Virus record (IMG/VR): IMGVR_UViG_3300014091_000001
Span: 22,392-86,391 of that record
Length of the DNA stretch: 64,000 nucleotides
From: a virus
Lineage: Duplodnaviria; Caudoviricetes
Strand: one strand, 5' to 3'
The stretch's first letter is position 1; the number at the start of each line of letters is the position of its first letter. Of the stretch, positions 1 through 9,404 are shown piece by piece. Below the pieces are notes generated by a model that was not told where the DNA came from, searched no databases, and was given only the letters and a program-made list of their open reading frames with translations. A program made the position numbers and the translations under genes.

Positions 1-15
1 GCTGGCGTCATTTCC

Positions 16-507
16 TTACTCCGCCCAGTTATAAACGATACGAAGCGTAGGACGAACTACAGTGGTCACGTCCTCGCTGCCGAAATCAATAGCATCTGAG
101 TAAACCTTGCAGTGCAAAAAATTGCGCTTGAGGCCTGCGTCACTGCCACTGTTAGATTCAGCGGTAGCCTGAAATTCGATATCCACATATTCTTTGCCAT
201 AAACCATTTGGCGAACGGCCTGAAACACATCGCCTTTAATGGTCTCCGCGCATGTAACCTGAAATTCACCAGAGTTACGAATCGGACCGTGCTGGTTAAA
301 TTTCATTCCGCCCGGAGCGAAGTCTTCAACATCTTCGCGGGTCATTTCCGGGATTTGAGTTGTTCGCACCAGGATAGACAGGTGTTCATAACCCTTAATA
401 CGCATCCAGAACTCAGCACTGACAAGCTTTTCACCAGCAGCAATACTCTGATTCAGGCGTTTTTTCAGAAAGCCCACATCGGCTTTGGTATTGGAAAATC
501 CAGACAT
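16..507 (-). CDS. bplB: P1 BplB-like tail tube/baseplate structural protein
   Basis: Motifs VRTTQIPEMTREDVEDF, KFNQHGPIRNSGE and KVYSDAIDF..EDVT..VRPTLRIVYNW match P1 BplB as I recall it; same position next to pmgG-21-22-23. Confidence 0.85.
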   Translation of the reverse strand: MSGFSNTKADVGFLKKRLNQSIAAGEKLVSAEFWMRIKGYEHLSILVRTTQIPEMTREDVEDFAPGGMKFNQHGPIRNSGEFQVTCAETIKGDVFQAVRQMVYGKEYVDIEFQATAESNSGSDAGLKRNFLHCKVYSDAIDFGSEDVTTVVRPTLRIVYNWAE

Positions 508-551
508 ATAAACCCCTCAGTTATCAAGACAGCAGTTTCTGCCCGAAGGGT

Positions 552-573
552 AGGGTAGGGGGTTTGTGATTTG
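552..573 (-). promoter_or_regulatory. Candidate late promoter (CAAATCACAAA-N5-TACCCT) upstream of bplB
   Basis: 18 bp TAGGGGGTTTGTGATTTG (556-573) is identical to 12161-12178 upstream of the PAAR gene; related copies precede other structural operons. Confidence 0.55.
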
Positions 574-583
574 CGTATGAGGT

Positions 584-1216
584 TCAAATGAACATGTAGG
601 GGATATCCGACTGGTTTTGTACGGCCATACCGGAGCACTGGAGCGTTACGGTGTTGTGGGTGAAATACCCCTCCGATGTTCGAGGTACATCAAGCTGATA
701 ACTTACATGCTGAATTACCACGTCCATAAGTTTTAAACGCCGTCCTATATCAAGCACAACAGGCGTGGGGCGGCGACCGGGTGCTGCGATAGCTTTGAGC
801 TCCGGGGAGGCCATTTGTAATAATGTTGAAATGGCCGCGTTGACTTCAATCTGAGCATTGGAAGTGGCAAGCAGATCTATAACCAAATTAAAAGTTGGCG
901 GTTGTTGACCTTCCCAAATTAACAGGCTGTTAAAAGTGGTCTTTGATGTACTACCGGTTGCGGCCTGGACAGTATCGCCAACTTTTCCTGCAGCACTACT
1001 TACTGCACCGGCCATGCCGCCAAGACTGTCATTACCAAAAGGCGACTCCCACATAGCCTGTAAATCGAAACTACTACCTTGTCCGATATAGCCTACAACC
1101 ATATGGGCTGGTGAAGTGATATAGCACTTGAGAAACGGACTGATACCGTCCGGCATGATAGCGCCACAAATCATGTGGGAGACTCCTTCAGAAGCCACCA
1201 GCTGAGCTGGTGGCAT
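584..1216 (-). CDS. pmgG: P1 PmgG-like morphogenetic (baseplate/tail) protein
   Basis: MPDGISPFLK, GYIGQG, WESPF, NSLLIWEG, SPELK, LDIGRR motifs resemble PmgG; synteny. True start is probably the internal Met (MICGAIM). Confidence 0.8.
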   Translation of the reverse strand: MPPAQLVASEGVSHMICGAIMPDGISPFLKCYITSPAHMVVGYIGQGSSFDLQAMWESPFGNDSLGGMAGAVSSAAGKVGDTVQAATGSTSKTTFNSLLIWEGQQPPTFNLVIDLLATSNAQIEVNAAISTLLQMASPELKAIAAPGRRPTPVVLDIGRRLKLMDVVIQHVSYQLDVPRTSEGYFTHNTVTLQCSGMAVQNQSDIPYMFI

Positions 1217-1222
1217 TCGAGA

Positions 1223-1924
1223 TTACAATCCGCGTTTTTTACGGATCTTTAAAGATTTAAGCCGGTGAAGTTTAGCCGTTGACGTTTGCGCTTTGCGGCG
1301 GGCTTTTTTTAACGCCGCTTTTTGTTTGGATGTGCGACGAACTTTGCGGATACGTTTACGAATAAGGGTGACTTTACCGCCGCGCACAACACGGATTTTC
1401 GGCGCTTCAAACAACGCGTCTTCATCATCCCCTGCAATGGTGTATTGGCTGATCGCATCATCTTCATCATCGACGTCATTCAAAGCGTCATACACGGCGC
1501 TTGCCGCATCATCATCTTCATCGTCAATCATGCTGGTAACGTCGTCCTGGCTGGCGCCCATCGAAATAGCGGCATATGCCAGGTCAGAGAGAGCGTCGTT
1601 GTATGCATCGACTTGTTCGTCTGTGTATTCAGCGTCTTCGTCCAAATCATCCAGATCGGCTAAGGAGATAGCCAGGGCGCTGAAGTCTGCCCAGGTTGGC
1701 TCACCATCAGTCGCCCACTCCAGTAAAAGAGAGGCCGCCAAACCACGACGGTCTTCTTTAACACGGCGATCGAGCGCTTCAAACATCGCCATTTCTTTGT
1801 CTTCTGCACCTTGCCCACGCTTACGAGCACTTTCCAACATAGCGTCGGCCGCTTGCGTTTCCGCTTCCGGCGCAAAGGCTGCTTTAATTAATGGGTTATA
1901 CCGCATGTTATTTTTATTAATCAT
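1223..1924 (-). CDS. gp21: P1 gp21-like structural protein (acidic core, basic C-terminus)
   Basis: Acidic DDEDDDAA stretch followed by VVRGGKVTLIRKRIRK..QKAALKKARRKAQT, as in P1 gp21; synteny. Confidence 0.8.
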   Translation of the reverse strand: MINKNNMRYNPLIKAAFAPEAETQAADAMLESARKRGQGAEDKEMAMFEALDRRVKEDRRGLAASLLLEWATDGEPTWADFSALAISLADLDDLDEDAEYTDEQVDAYNDALSDLAYAAISMGASQDDVTSMIDDEDDDAASAVYDALNDVDDEDDAISQYTIAGDDEDALFEAPKIRVVRGGKVTLIRKRIRKVRRTSKQKAALKKARRKAQTSTAKLHRLKSLKIRKKRGL

Positions 1925-1935
1925 GATATTTTCTC

Positions 1936-3516
1936 TTAACGGAACAGCATAGGTTTACCGACAATGCGTCGAGATGAACCGGTAGGACATACCGCCCAAT
2001 CCAATGCCCACAGATCAATGTCTTTCTGCGTAAGGCTCAAACGGAATGGTTCTTCGCCCTGAGAAGCGTCGCGCGGTTTGACCAAAGCATTTGCCGCTGA
2101 GAAACGTTCCAGAAGATCGGTCATACCTTCCATCAGGGTTGTATAAGTAACGCCGTCCGGCTCATGTTTGGCTTCTTGAGCAATCTGGTAGAAACCACGC
2201 GCAATAGCATTCATCAAAGAGCTGATATGCTGCAGCCGCAGATGGTTGTTTTTCGCGTAGGTGGTTAGCGAATCGTCAATGAAAACATCTCCCTGGTCAT
2301 TTACTGCGACAGGGTTGATACGCGCCGTAGCAAAGGATTCCAGATCAATTTCATCGAGATTAGGAATTGGCTCAATGTTTTGACGGCTGATAATGCCGCG
2401 TGAAACGCCTGCAGGGGAGTAGTGCCACCCGCCAACATCCGACACCATGGCAACACCTTTCGCTTTCGCCACAAATGCTTCACAAGAAATCCCGTAACAG
2501 ACTGAAACGCCGGAGAATTCATCGCGGCAATAGTAAGGGAAGTAATAACGTGCTGGCTGGTGAGAACCGCCAAAGCCATGGGCTTTAGCTTCATCAACGG
2601 CCTGCGTTGAGAGTTGCGCGCCTTTCAGGTCGTAAAACATATCAACACGTATATTTTCAGCGTATTGAACAAGCGCAGCTAATACGGTTGAGTCGTAACA
2701 GCCCAGCGACAGTAAGGCTGTGAAGCTTACCGTCGATTTTTTCAACACCGACAGCGCAGTGATATAATCAGCTGCTTTCACCTGATTAAAATCACCGTCG
2801 CTACCGCCTACAAAGGCCGCATTTTTTACTTCAATAGTCGTTGCCTGCGCTATTTGCTCCTGAGCATCATCACTCACCAGGGCTCGTAAACGCTTAGAAC
2901 CATTTTCCAGAGCTGTAGCCAGAAAACCCGGATTACCCATATCCGAACGAGCTTCGAGGCCAAAGGAGACTTGATGTGATTCGAGGATCGCTACAGTACC
3001 GGCCTCGTCGGTTTCAGTTAACGAAAGGATGAGGAAACCATCCGCGCTTTCATCTTTGGTAAGCGTTAACGCGCGGTTGGTGGATGCATCGCCATCATCA
3101 ATATAAATCATGGCCAGTGCATCCACGGGCAGAACCGGCACGGCGCCCGCATTAAAATTAGTACCGCTCGCTTCAACCGCTTTTGCCTCAGCATTAACAG
3201 TCAAAACGATGGCCGGAATTTTCATTCCCGGCGCGGGTACGCGCACGACGTAGCCATTGCCGCCTTTAGTCGCACGATCAACGTGGCGTAATGGCTCGAA
3301 TGCCGCCCCTTGACGCGGATGGATCGCTTTGCCTAATACCGATTGATAATTATCAGCGTTAACAAATAAAACCTTTCCGATCTTCCCACGGCGGCTTAGT
3401 ACCAGGCCTGCGAAAGCGGATGCGCCACCAGTCGCGACCGATGCGGTTGCATCAGCATTGACAGGCATAATAGCAGTGCCGGATGCCTGCCCAACAGCAA
3501 AAGGAATTTGTTTCAT
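1936..3516 (-). CDS. gp22: Contractile tail sheath protein (P1 gp22-like)
   Basis: 526 aa; sheath C-terminal motifs (WHYSPAG..RG, RINPV, IDDSLT, HEPDG); lies between 21 and 23. Confidence 0.85.
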   Translation of the reverse strand: MKQIPFAVGQASGTAIMPVNADATASVATGGASAFAGLVLSRRGKIGKVLFVNADNYQSVLGKAIHPRQGAAFEPLRHVDRATKGGNGYVVRVPAPGMKIPAIVLTVNAEAKAVEASGTNFNAGAVPVLPVDALAMIYIDDGDASTNRALTLTKDESADGFLILSLTETDEAGTVAILESHQVSFGLEARSDMGNPGFLATALENGSKRLRALVSDDAQEQIAQATTIEVKNAAFVGGSDGDFNQVKAADYITALSVLKKSTVSFTALLSLGCYDSTVLAALVQYAENIRVDMFYDLKGAQLSTQAVDEAKAHGFGGSHQPARYYFPYYCRDEFSGVSVCYGISCEAFVAKAKGVAMVSDVGGWHYSPAGVSRGIISRQNIEPIPNLDEIDLESFATARINPVAVNDQGDVFIDDSLTTYAKNNHLRLQHISSLMNAIARGFYQIAQEAKHEPDGVTYTTLMEGMTDLLERFSAANALVKPRDASQGEEPFRLSLTQKDIDLWALDWAVCPTGSSRRIVGKPMLFR

Positions 3517-3533
3517 AACAGTAAATCCTTAAA

Positions 3534-3551
3534 GGCGTCCCGAAGGACGCC
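3534..3551 (-). terminator. Hairpin between gp23 and gp22 (terminator or processing stem)
   Basis: GGCGTCC-CGAA-GGACGCC perfect 7 bp stem. Confidence 0.4.
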
Positions 3552-3558
3552 ATTATTT

Positions 3559-5313
3559 TTATTTGGTTGTTACGGTCTGCTGCGCTACCGGAGCGTTGGC
3601 GTCGTCAGCCGGTGCGCCCTGAATTTTGAGGCCACTCTGCACGTCGTAAGCGCCAACTTTTTTGTTGGTAAGCTTGAGTTTGCAGAAATAGTTTTCACCG
3701 GAACGCGGATGCATTTCGTTCAGCGCGGAACCCCATAGCGTCGTGCGGTTGATCAACGATGGGTTAGTTTCATGAACGTAAGGGATAGCCGGTACCGCAT
3801 CACCTGAAACCAGGCCAGCTTCACCGATTTGCTCACCACGTCCGTAGAACAGAATATCGCTACGCCCAAAATTGCAACCATCGTTAGTAAATTGATCGCA
3901 AACCATGTTCGGCACTTCATAGATACGATAAATACCAAACAGCATGCCGATATACTGGATATACGGCGTCTGCACATAGTCAGGGTCCATCACAAAGTAT
4001 TGAGGCGGCAGAGACTTAATGAAGTTGGCTGCGTCGCCACCAGCGTAGCCACCACGAATACCGACTTTACGAGTCAGGTTAACCATCTCGGTGCTGAGTT
4101 CGCTTAAACGATGGCGGATCATGCCTACCCATGATTCGTATTGCTGGGCTTCAGGTAACGCCACGTCGAATTCGGAGTCGCGAACACAATGGAATGCCAT
4201 GATACGAAGGCGCATCATGTCCTGCTCATGACTCAGCCAGTTACGCATGGCAGTAAACTGGATAGAGGCCATATTCAGACCAAACTCACGGCTGGCGTCT
4301 GACGCGGACATGACGGAATGCTCTGACGCGATCACATATTGAGATGGCGACATAGAGTATTTACGCATTGTCTGGTTGATAACCGGGATCAACTCGGGCG
4401 CTTTTTCGATATTGATTTCACACTGCGCACAGAGTTCGGTACCTGCAGCCGGTCCTTCAGTGAACACAACACTAATGGTGCCAGTGTCATAGTCCACCTT
4501 ACAGGTGGCTGCAAATGCGTTGCCGTTCGCATCTTTATCGTTGAAGTACAGGTTGCCATCACCATCGTCCACTTTGGACATACGACGGTTAATTAACAGC
4601 TTGGTGCGGCCAGCCTTAATAGGCATGTTCTTGCCTTCCAAATCAGCGATTTTGAAGGTGAACGTTTTCTTGGAACCATCAGGCTGCGCGTTTTTCGGGA
4701 AAATATAAAAACGCTTGAGTTGGGCGTAACTGCCTGCACGTTGCATGTGCAACTCGTCGCCCTTTTTGAAGGAGCCAAACTCAGTGCCAGCGATATTGAT
4801 CAGTTCATACACTTCGGCAAGGTCGCGGTCGCAAGGCACAAACGTACATGCATCGCTGGTGGCTGCACCCAAAGAAACCGGCAGAATCAACGCAACATAT
4901 TGCGCCATGCGCATAATGCCGTCAGAGGTGCTCATGTCCGAAGCTACAGATTCAAACATGGCGCGGCCATTGCCTTCATGTTTTTCGCGGGCCGCTTCCA
5001 GCATCAGGTTTTCAGTGCAGCGCTGGGCGTTTGCCAGAACGTCCGCAGGCGGCAGACAACCGTTACGACGTTCATAGTCGATCATCGCAGAGGTCCAGCC
5101 TGCAGCGACGGCACGAACAAAACGGCGATCCACATTTTCAAACATTGGGTCTTTCATAGCGCAATCGGTAGCGATTGCCGCCAGCTCATTCTGATCAGTG
5201 ATCAGAGTTCCGTTCCCATTACGTTGAATATCTACAGTAAAAGCCATTACTCGTGCGGCGCGGTTGTTAATGTCTTCAATGCGCGCGCGGGCAGGCGCAA
5301 TATCTTTGCTCAC
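3559..5313 (-). CDS. gp23: Major capsid protein precursor (P1 gp23-like)
   Basis: 584 aa, GTG start; ILPVSLGAATSDACTF, INIEKAPELIP, NRTTLWGS motifs typical of P1-family capsid; synteny. Confidence 0.88.
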   Translation of the reverse strand: MSKDIAPARARIEDINNRAARVMAFTVDIQRNGNGTLITDQNELAAIATDCAMKDPMFENVDRRFVRAVAAGWTSAMIDYERRNGCLPPADVLANAQRCTENLMLEAAREKHEGNGRAMFESVASDMSTSDGIMRMAQYVALILPVSLGAATSDACTFVPCDRDLAEVYELINIAGTEFGSFKKGDELHMQRAGSYAQLKRFYIFPKNAQPDGSKKTFTFKIADLEGKNMPIKAGRTKLLINRRMSKVDDGDGNLYFNDKDANGNAFAATCKVDYDTGTISVVFTEGPAAGTELCAQCEINIEKAPELIPVINQTMRKYSMSPSQYVIASEHSVMSASDASREFGLNMASIQFTAMRNWLSHEQDMMRLRIMAFHCVRDSEFDVALPEAQQYESWVGMIRHRLSELSTEMVNLTRKVGIRGGYAGGDAANFIKSLPPQYFVMDPDYVQTPYIQYIGMLFGIYRIYEVPNMVCDQFTNDGCNFGRSDILFYGRGEQIGEAGLVSGDAVPAIPYVHETNPSLINRTTLWGSALNEMHPRSGENYFCKLKLTNKKVGAYDVQSGLKIQGAPADDANAPVAQQTVTTK

Positions 5314-5361
5314 AGTTCAGCCCCTATTCGGGCGCGGTGCGAGGTTACTTTTGACTCTTAC

Positions 5362-5383
5362 AGTAAATCCACTTTGTACTTTG
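5362..5383 (-). promoter_or_regulatory. Candidate late promoter upstream of gp23 (CAAAGTACAAA-N5-TTTACT)
   Basis: 11-mer is identical to the one at 24467-24477; the -10 is weaker. Confidence 0.45.
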
Positions 5384-5454
5384 CAAAGTTAAAAATTATA
5401 GAATTTTTATTTATACGCCTTAGAATTAATATTATTTTAGTGTGACTTATTCAC

Positions 5455-5865
5455 TTGGAGAATTACATGTCATACGAGGTGTTTTACCGGTACCCGGGCG
5501 GCGGAAACAGCCATTATCTGAAAACAGCGTCGCGTCGTATTGCGCATTCGCATTTGCTGGACATTCTTGATGAGGATGAGGTTAGAAGCCTTGCCTCGCA
5601 TGTCGTAGTGCATTACGGTGGAAGGCCTATTCTTGACGCGCCAGCCTCATTGGATAGCGACAGTATTTTGCAGTCTGTAGACTATCCCCGCATTGGTCCT
5701 CCGCGACGCATTCAGAATCCGGTCACGCTTGCAGTCTATATTCCGAAAAAAGCTGCAGATTTCATTCGTGCCCGGGGGAACGGTTCACCTTCCGAAGGCC
5801 TGAAACGCATTCTTATGGAAGTAGGTGGCGATGAGATAGCGCGATGCTACCGGAGCGGGGAATAA
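5455..5865 (+). CDS. Hypothetical protein, possible C-terminal ribbon-helix-helix DNA-binding motif
   Basis: Open 136 aa ORF; C-terminal VTLAVYIPKKAADFIRARG..SEGLKRIL has an RHH-like pattern; operon with next gene. Confidence 0.55.
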   Translation: MENYMSYEVFYRYPGGGNSHYLKTASRRIAHSHLLDILDEDEVRSLASHVVVHYGGRPILDAPASLDSDSILQSVDYPRIGPPRRIQNPVTLAVYIPKKAADFIRARGNGSPSEGLKRILMEVGGDEIARCYRSGE

Positions 5866-5870
5866 GGCAT

Positions 5871-6170
5871 ATGTCCAGAACAGAGTATGAACGGCATAGT
5901 GTAGAGCGTAAATTGCGACTGCAATACATTGAGGCGATGTATGTGGTTACAGGCTCGATAAAACGTGAGGATATCTGTTACATGTTTTCCGTGGCGGAAG
6001 CTTGCGCATCGAGAGATATGCGACGTTACCACCAGCTGAACAAAGATACTTATCTCAATCACCGGAACAAAACATGGACCGTATGTGATGATTTCAAACC
6101 GGTTGCAGGGTTGTTGCACATGCCTCACCTTGAATTCATAAAAACTCTAAAATATCTTTTAAATCAATAA
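5871..6170 (+). CDS. Stand-alone CapW/BrxR-type winged-HTH protein (no WYL domain)
   Basis: RLQYIEAMYVVTGSIKREDICYMFSVAEACASRDMRRYHQL resembles the N-terminal wHTH of WYL regulators; ATG at 5871 just after previous stop. Confidence 0.6.
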   Translation: MSRTEYERHSVERKLRLQYIEAMYVVTGSIKREDICYMFSVAEACASRDMRRYHQLNKDTYLNHRNKTWTVCDDFKPVAGLLHMPHLEFIKTLKYLLNQ

Positions 6171-6258
6171 GTCATTCCGGGGCTGGCGAACATTTACGCC
6201 AGCTTAGGACGTATTCGACTTAGCTGCAAAATCTAGTCACATAACCTTACATCCTCTA

Positions 6259-6278
6259 TACTGTATTTTTATACAGTA
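6259..6278. promoter_or_regulatory. LexA (SOS) box
   Basis: TACTGTATTTTTATACAGTA fits the enterobacterial CTGT-N8-ACAG consensus directly upstream of umuD. Confidence 0.92.
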
Positions 6279-6287
6279 TTAAATCAT

Positions 6288-6728
6288 TTGGATGTGATGC
6301 TTATGTTACTGATAAATACAAAAAACAATCCTGAGCGCCTTTCAATCCCTCTTTTTCTTGAGCGGTGTGCCGCTGGTTTCCCGAGCCCCGCGCAGGACTA
6401 TGTGGAGGCTGAACTTGATTTAAACGAATATTGCATTCGACACCCGGCAGCTACTTTTTTTGTTCGCGCTAGTGGCAACAGCATGAATGATTTAGGCCTT
6501 AAAGACGGCGATCTCCTTGTTGTTGATCGTTCACTGAGGCCGGAACACGGTGATATCGTCATTGCAGAGGTTGACGGTGGATTTACCGTTAAGCAATTAC
6601 TAACCCGGCCAACACTTGCTCTGCAGCCCATGAACCCCGCTTATTCCGTAATTTATCCAGACCCGGATACCCTTTTCATTTTTGGCGTAGTGACTCATTT
6701 CGTACACACAACCAGGGGAAAAGCCTGA
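6288..6728 (+). CDS. umuD: Pol V subunit UmuD (S24 autopeptidase)
   Basis: [12 protein letters not shown] cleavage site, FVRASGNSM (Ser), FTVKQL (Lys). Start probably ATG 6297 or 6303. Confidence 0.95.
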   Translation: MDVMLMLLINTKNNPERLSIPLFLERCAAGFPSPAQDYVEAELDLNEYCIRHPAATFFVRASGNSMNDLGLKDGDLLVVDRSLRPEHGDIVIAEVDGGFTVKQLLTRPTLALQPMNPAYSVIYPDPDTLFIFGVVTHFVHTTRGKA

Positions 6729-7999
6729 TGTTCGCCCTGGCGGATGTGAACAGCTTCTATGCCAGCTGTGAGAAGGTTTTCCGGCCAGACCTTCGTTACA
6801 AGCCAGTTGTCGTTTTATCTAATAACGATGGGTGTGTTATAGCGAGGTCGAAAGAGTCGAAACGGCTGGGTATAAAAATGGGGGTGCCGTGGTTCCAGCT
6901 AAAAAACATGCAATTCCCGGAGCCGGTGATCGCATTTTCAAGTAACTATGAGTTATACGCCAGCATGAGTGCGCGAGTTATGAATTGCCTTGAATCGTTA
7001 TCGCCTCGCGTCGAGCCCTACTCAATTGATGAAAGTTTTGTTGACGTGCGGGGCATCGATAACTGCATGTCATTTGAAGCCTTTGGCCACGAACTTAGAG
7101 ACCATGTGTACCGTTCAACAGGGCTAACGATCGGTGTTGGTATTGGTCCCACTAAAACACTGGCTAAAGCCGCTCAATGGGCCGGGAAAGAGTGGCCTCA
7201 ATTTCATGGCGTGCTGGCCTTAACCCGGAGTAACCGAAACAGGATAGACAAAATGCTGTCATTAATGCCCGTTGGTGAAGTTTGGGGCATAGGCAGTCGT
7301 ACAACTAAAAAACTGAGTGCGCTCGGTATTACCACAGCTCTGGATCTGGCAAGAATGCATCCGGCGTTTGTTCGTAAACATTTCAGTGTAGTTATGGAAC
7401 GAACCGTGCGGGAGCTGGGTGGCGAAAGCTGTATTGAACTGGAAGAGGCGCCGCCAGCAAAACAGCAAATTGTCTGTAGCCGCTCTTTCGGACAGCGTAT
7501 TACCACTTATGAGGAAATGAGGCAGGCAGTGTGCCAGTACGCTGAAAGAGCAGCTGAGAAATTACGACTGGAAGGCCAGTATTGCCGTCATATTGCCACG
7601 TTTATCAAAACATCATCGTTTAATGCTCATGAGCCCTACTACGGCAATGTGGCGAGTGAAAAGCTGGCCGTTGCCACCCGAGATAGCCGCGACGTGATAA
7701 AGGCCGCTATACGAGCCTTAGATCGCATATGGATGGACGGTTATCGATATGCAAAGGCGGGGGTGATGCTGAACGATTTTGTACCGACCGGTATTAGCCA
7801 ATTAACGTTGTTTGATGATGTTCAACCAAGCGCAAATACTGATCAGTTAATGAAGGTTTTGGACGGTATTAATAATTCAGGCTTAGGCCGCGTCTGGTTT
7901 GCTGGTCGGGGTGTTGCTCCAGACTGGCAGATGAAGCGAGAAATGCTTTCACCAGCATACACCACAAGGTGGAGCGAAATCCCTCGAGCTCAGTTTTAA
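6728..7999 (+). CDS. umuC: Y-family DNA polymerase V subunit UmuC
   Basis: [39 protein letters not shown] motifs; full length 423 aa. Confidence 0.96.
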   Translation: MFALADVNSFYASCEKVFRPDLRYKPVVVLSNNDGCVIARSKESKRLGIKMGVPWFQLKNMQFPEPVIAFSSNYELYASMSARVMNCLESLSPRVEPYSIDESFVDVRGIDNCMSFEAFGHELRDHVYRSTGLTIGVGIGPTKTLAKAAQWAGKEWPQFHGVLALTRSNRNRIDKMLSLMPVGEVWGIGSRTTKKLSALGITTALDLARMHPAFVRKHFSVVMERTVRELGGESCIELEEAPPAKQQIVCSRSFGQRITTYEEMRQAVCQYAERAAEKLRLEGQYCRHIATFIKTSSFNAHEPYYGNVASEKLAVATRDSRDVIKAAIRALDRIWMDGYRYAKAGVMLNDFVPTGISQLTLFDDVQPSANTDQLMKVLDGINNSGLGRVWFAGRGVAPDWQMKREMLSPAYTTRWSEIPRAQF

Positions 8000-8201
8000 G
8001 TGTGTGCTGACGGGATAAAGATGTGCGCTGGCGGGAGGTGCTTTGAAAATGTGTGTTGGCGGGAAAGTATTGACTCTACAGTGTGTGCTGGCGGGAACAA
8101 AGGCGCTTTAAAGGGCTTCGTAGGGTAATATTAAGTCCGTAAAAAGCCAGCCATCCCACCAGCGCACATTTTTGCATGATGATATCCCGCCAGCGCACAT
8201 C
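7999..8201. repeat. Auxiliary (incA-like) iteron array: four direct plus two inverted 19 bp iterons
   Basis: Copies of about ATGTGTGCTGGCGGGA at 7999, 8020, 8048, 8080 (+) and 8152, 8183 (-); cf. P1 iteron GATGTGTGCTGGAGGGAAA. Confidence 0.85.
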
Positions 8202-8212
8202 TTCTTTATGTT

Positions 8213-8461
8213 TTATCCACATATCCACTTGATAGATCCAATAAATAGATCCCAAAGAGATCCCATATAGTACCAAACAGATCCCGGACGCCTGAGAGCC
8301 GCGCCCCGCCTGGCTTAAAGACCTTTTTAGATGTGTGCTGGTGGGATAAAGGTGTGTGCTGGCGGGATGAATATGTGTGCTGACGGGTTGAAAATGTGTC
8401 TTGCCGGGATGTAAGGTGTGTGCTGGCGGGATATGCGATCCTTTTATCCACACTATTCACA
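8213..8461 (+). other. P1-type plasmid origin (oriR)
   Basis: DnaA box TTATCCACA 8213; AGATCC(A/C) heptamers at 8234, 8247, 8258, 8279; GC-rich spacer about 8285-8311; five iterons at 8330, 8351, 8372, 8393, 8415 (21-22 bp period); DnaA boxes 8444 and 8453. Confidence 0.92.
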
Positions 8462-8486
8462 AATCACCTCCGGTTAAGGCAACTGC

Positions 8487-9353
8487 ATGACTGATAAGAC
8501 TTTTATTTCCGACGCGCTATTCAGCGACATGGAAAAGCGGGAAAAACAGTTAACAGTTAACTCTAACAACACCGTTCAGCCGGTGGCGTTAATGCGTCTC
8601 GGCGTTTTTGTACCTAAACCCACGAAATCCCAGGGGAACAATAACATTGTGGATGCCTCTGAGTTGTTTTCTCAACTGGAGATAGCGCGGGCAGAAGGGT
8701 ACGACAACGTAAAGATTGGCGGGCCTCGCCTCGATATGGATGTGGATTTTAAGGTATGGATAGGGGTGATCTTCGCTTTCAGTAAATACGGGCTTAAAGC
8801 GAATAAAATCCAGCTTAAATTCACAGAATTTGCTAAAGGGTGCGGCTTTAGTGCAAAACGCATGGATGGTCGGTTAAGGCTCTCCATACACGAATCCTTG
8901 GGCAAGTTGCGTAACAAATCGATCTCTTTTAAGCGCGGCGAGGATGCGCGCGGGAGTTATCAAACAGGTTTGCTTAAAACCGGCTATTTTGATGCGGATC
9001 GTGACATTGTTGAGCTGGAGGCGGATGAAAAGCTATGGGAGCTTTTCCAGCTTGATTATCGGGTTTTGCTTCAACAACATGCCATTAAAGCGTTACCGAA
9101 GAAAGAAGCTGCCCAGGCGATATATACCTTCATTGAAAGCCTGCCAGCCAGTCCGATTCCCGTTGCCTTTTCACGGCTGCGTGAGCGCCTTTCCCTGGCT
9201 TCCAGTGTAAGCGAGCAAAACCGAACAATTAAAAAGGCGTTAGAGCAGCTGCAAAAGATAGGTTATCTGGAGTTCACGCTCACGAAGAAAGAACGTGAGA
9301 ATTATTTGATTATTCATAAAAGAAACCCAAAGTTAAAACCGACAGATCTGTAG
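8487..9353 (+). CDS. repA: Plasmid replication initiator RepA (P1/IncY-type)
   Basis: NTVQPVALMRLGVFVP, GPRLDMDVDFKVWIG, ADEKLWELFQLD, AQAIYTFIESLP motifs; adjacent to the iterons. Confidence 0.95.
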   Translation: MTDKTFISDALFSDMEKREKQLTVNSNNTVQPVALMRLGVFVPKPTKSQGNNNIVDASELFSQLEIARAEGYDNVKIGGPRLDMDVDFKVWIGVIFAFSKYGLKANKIQLKFTEFAKGCGFSAKRMDGRLRLSIHESLGKLRNKSISFKRGEDARGSYQTGLLKTGYFDADRDIVELEADEKLWELFQLDYRVLLQQHAIKALPKKEAAQAIYTFIESLPASPIPVAFSRLRERLSLASSVSEQNRTIKKALEQLQKIGYLEFTLTKKERENYLIIHKRNPKLKPTDL

Positions 9354-9404
9354 CGCCCTTATATGCACAGATTTATAAAAACCATTATTAAAAGGGTCGC
9401 ATAA

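Noticed and set aside
1293-1952. 219-aa plus-strand ORF
   Set aside because: Antisense shadow of gp21; Ser/Ala-rich composition comes from the acidic codons.
4720-5445. 241-aa plus-strand ORF
   Set aside because: Antisense to the major capsid gene; no motif or RBS.
7999-8433. Possible CRISPR array
   Set aside because: Repeats are 19-bp P1-type iterons with 2-13 bp gaps next to DnaA boxes and repA; no unique spacers or cas genes.
8076-8453. 125-aa and 84-aa minus-strand ORFs over the origin
   Set aside because: They are translations of iteron repeats (HPASTH repeats), not genes.
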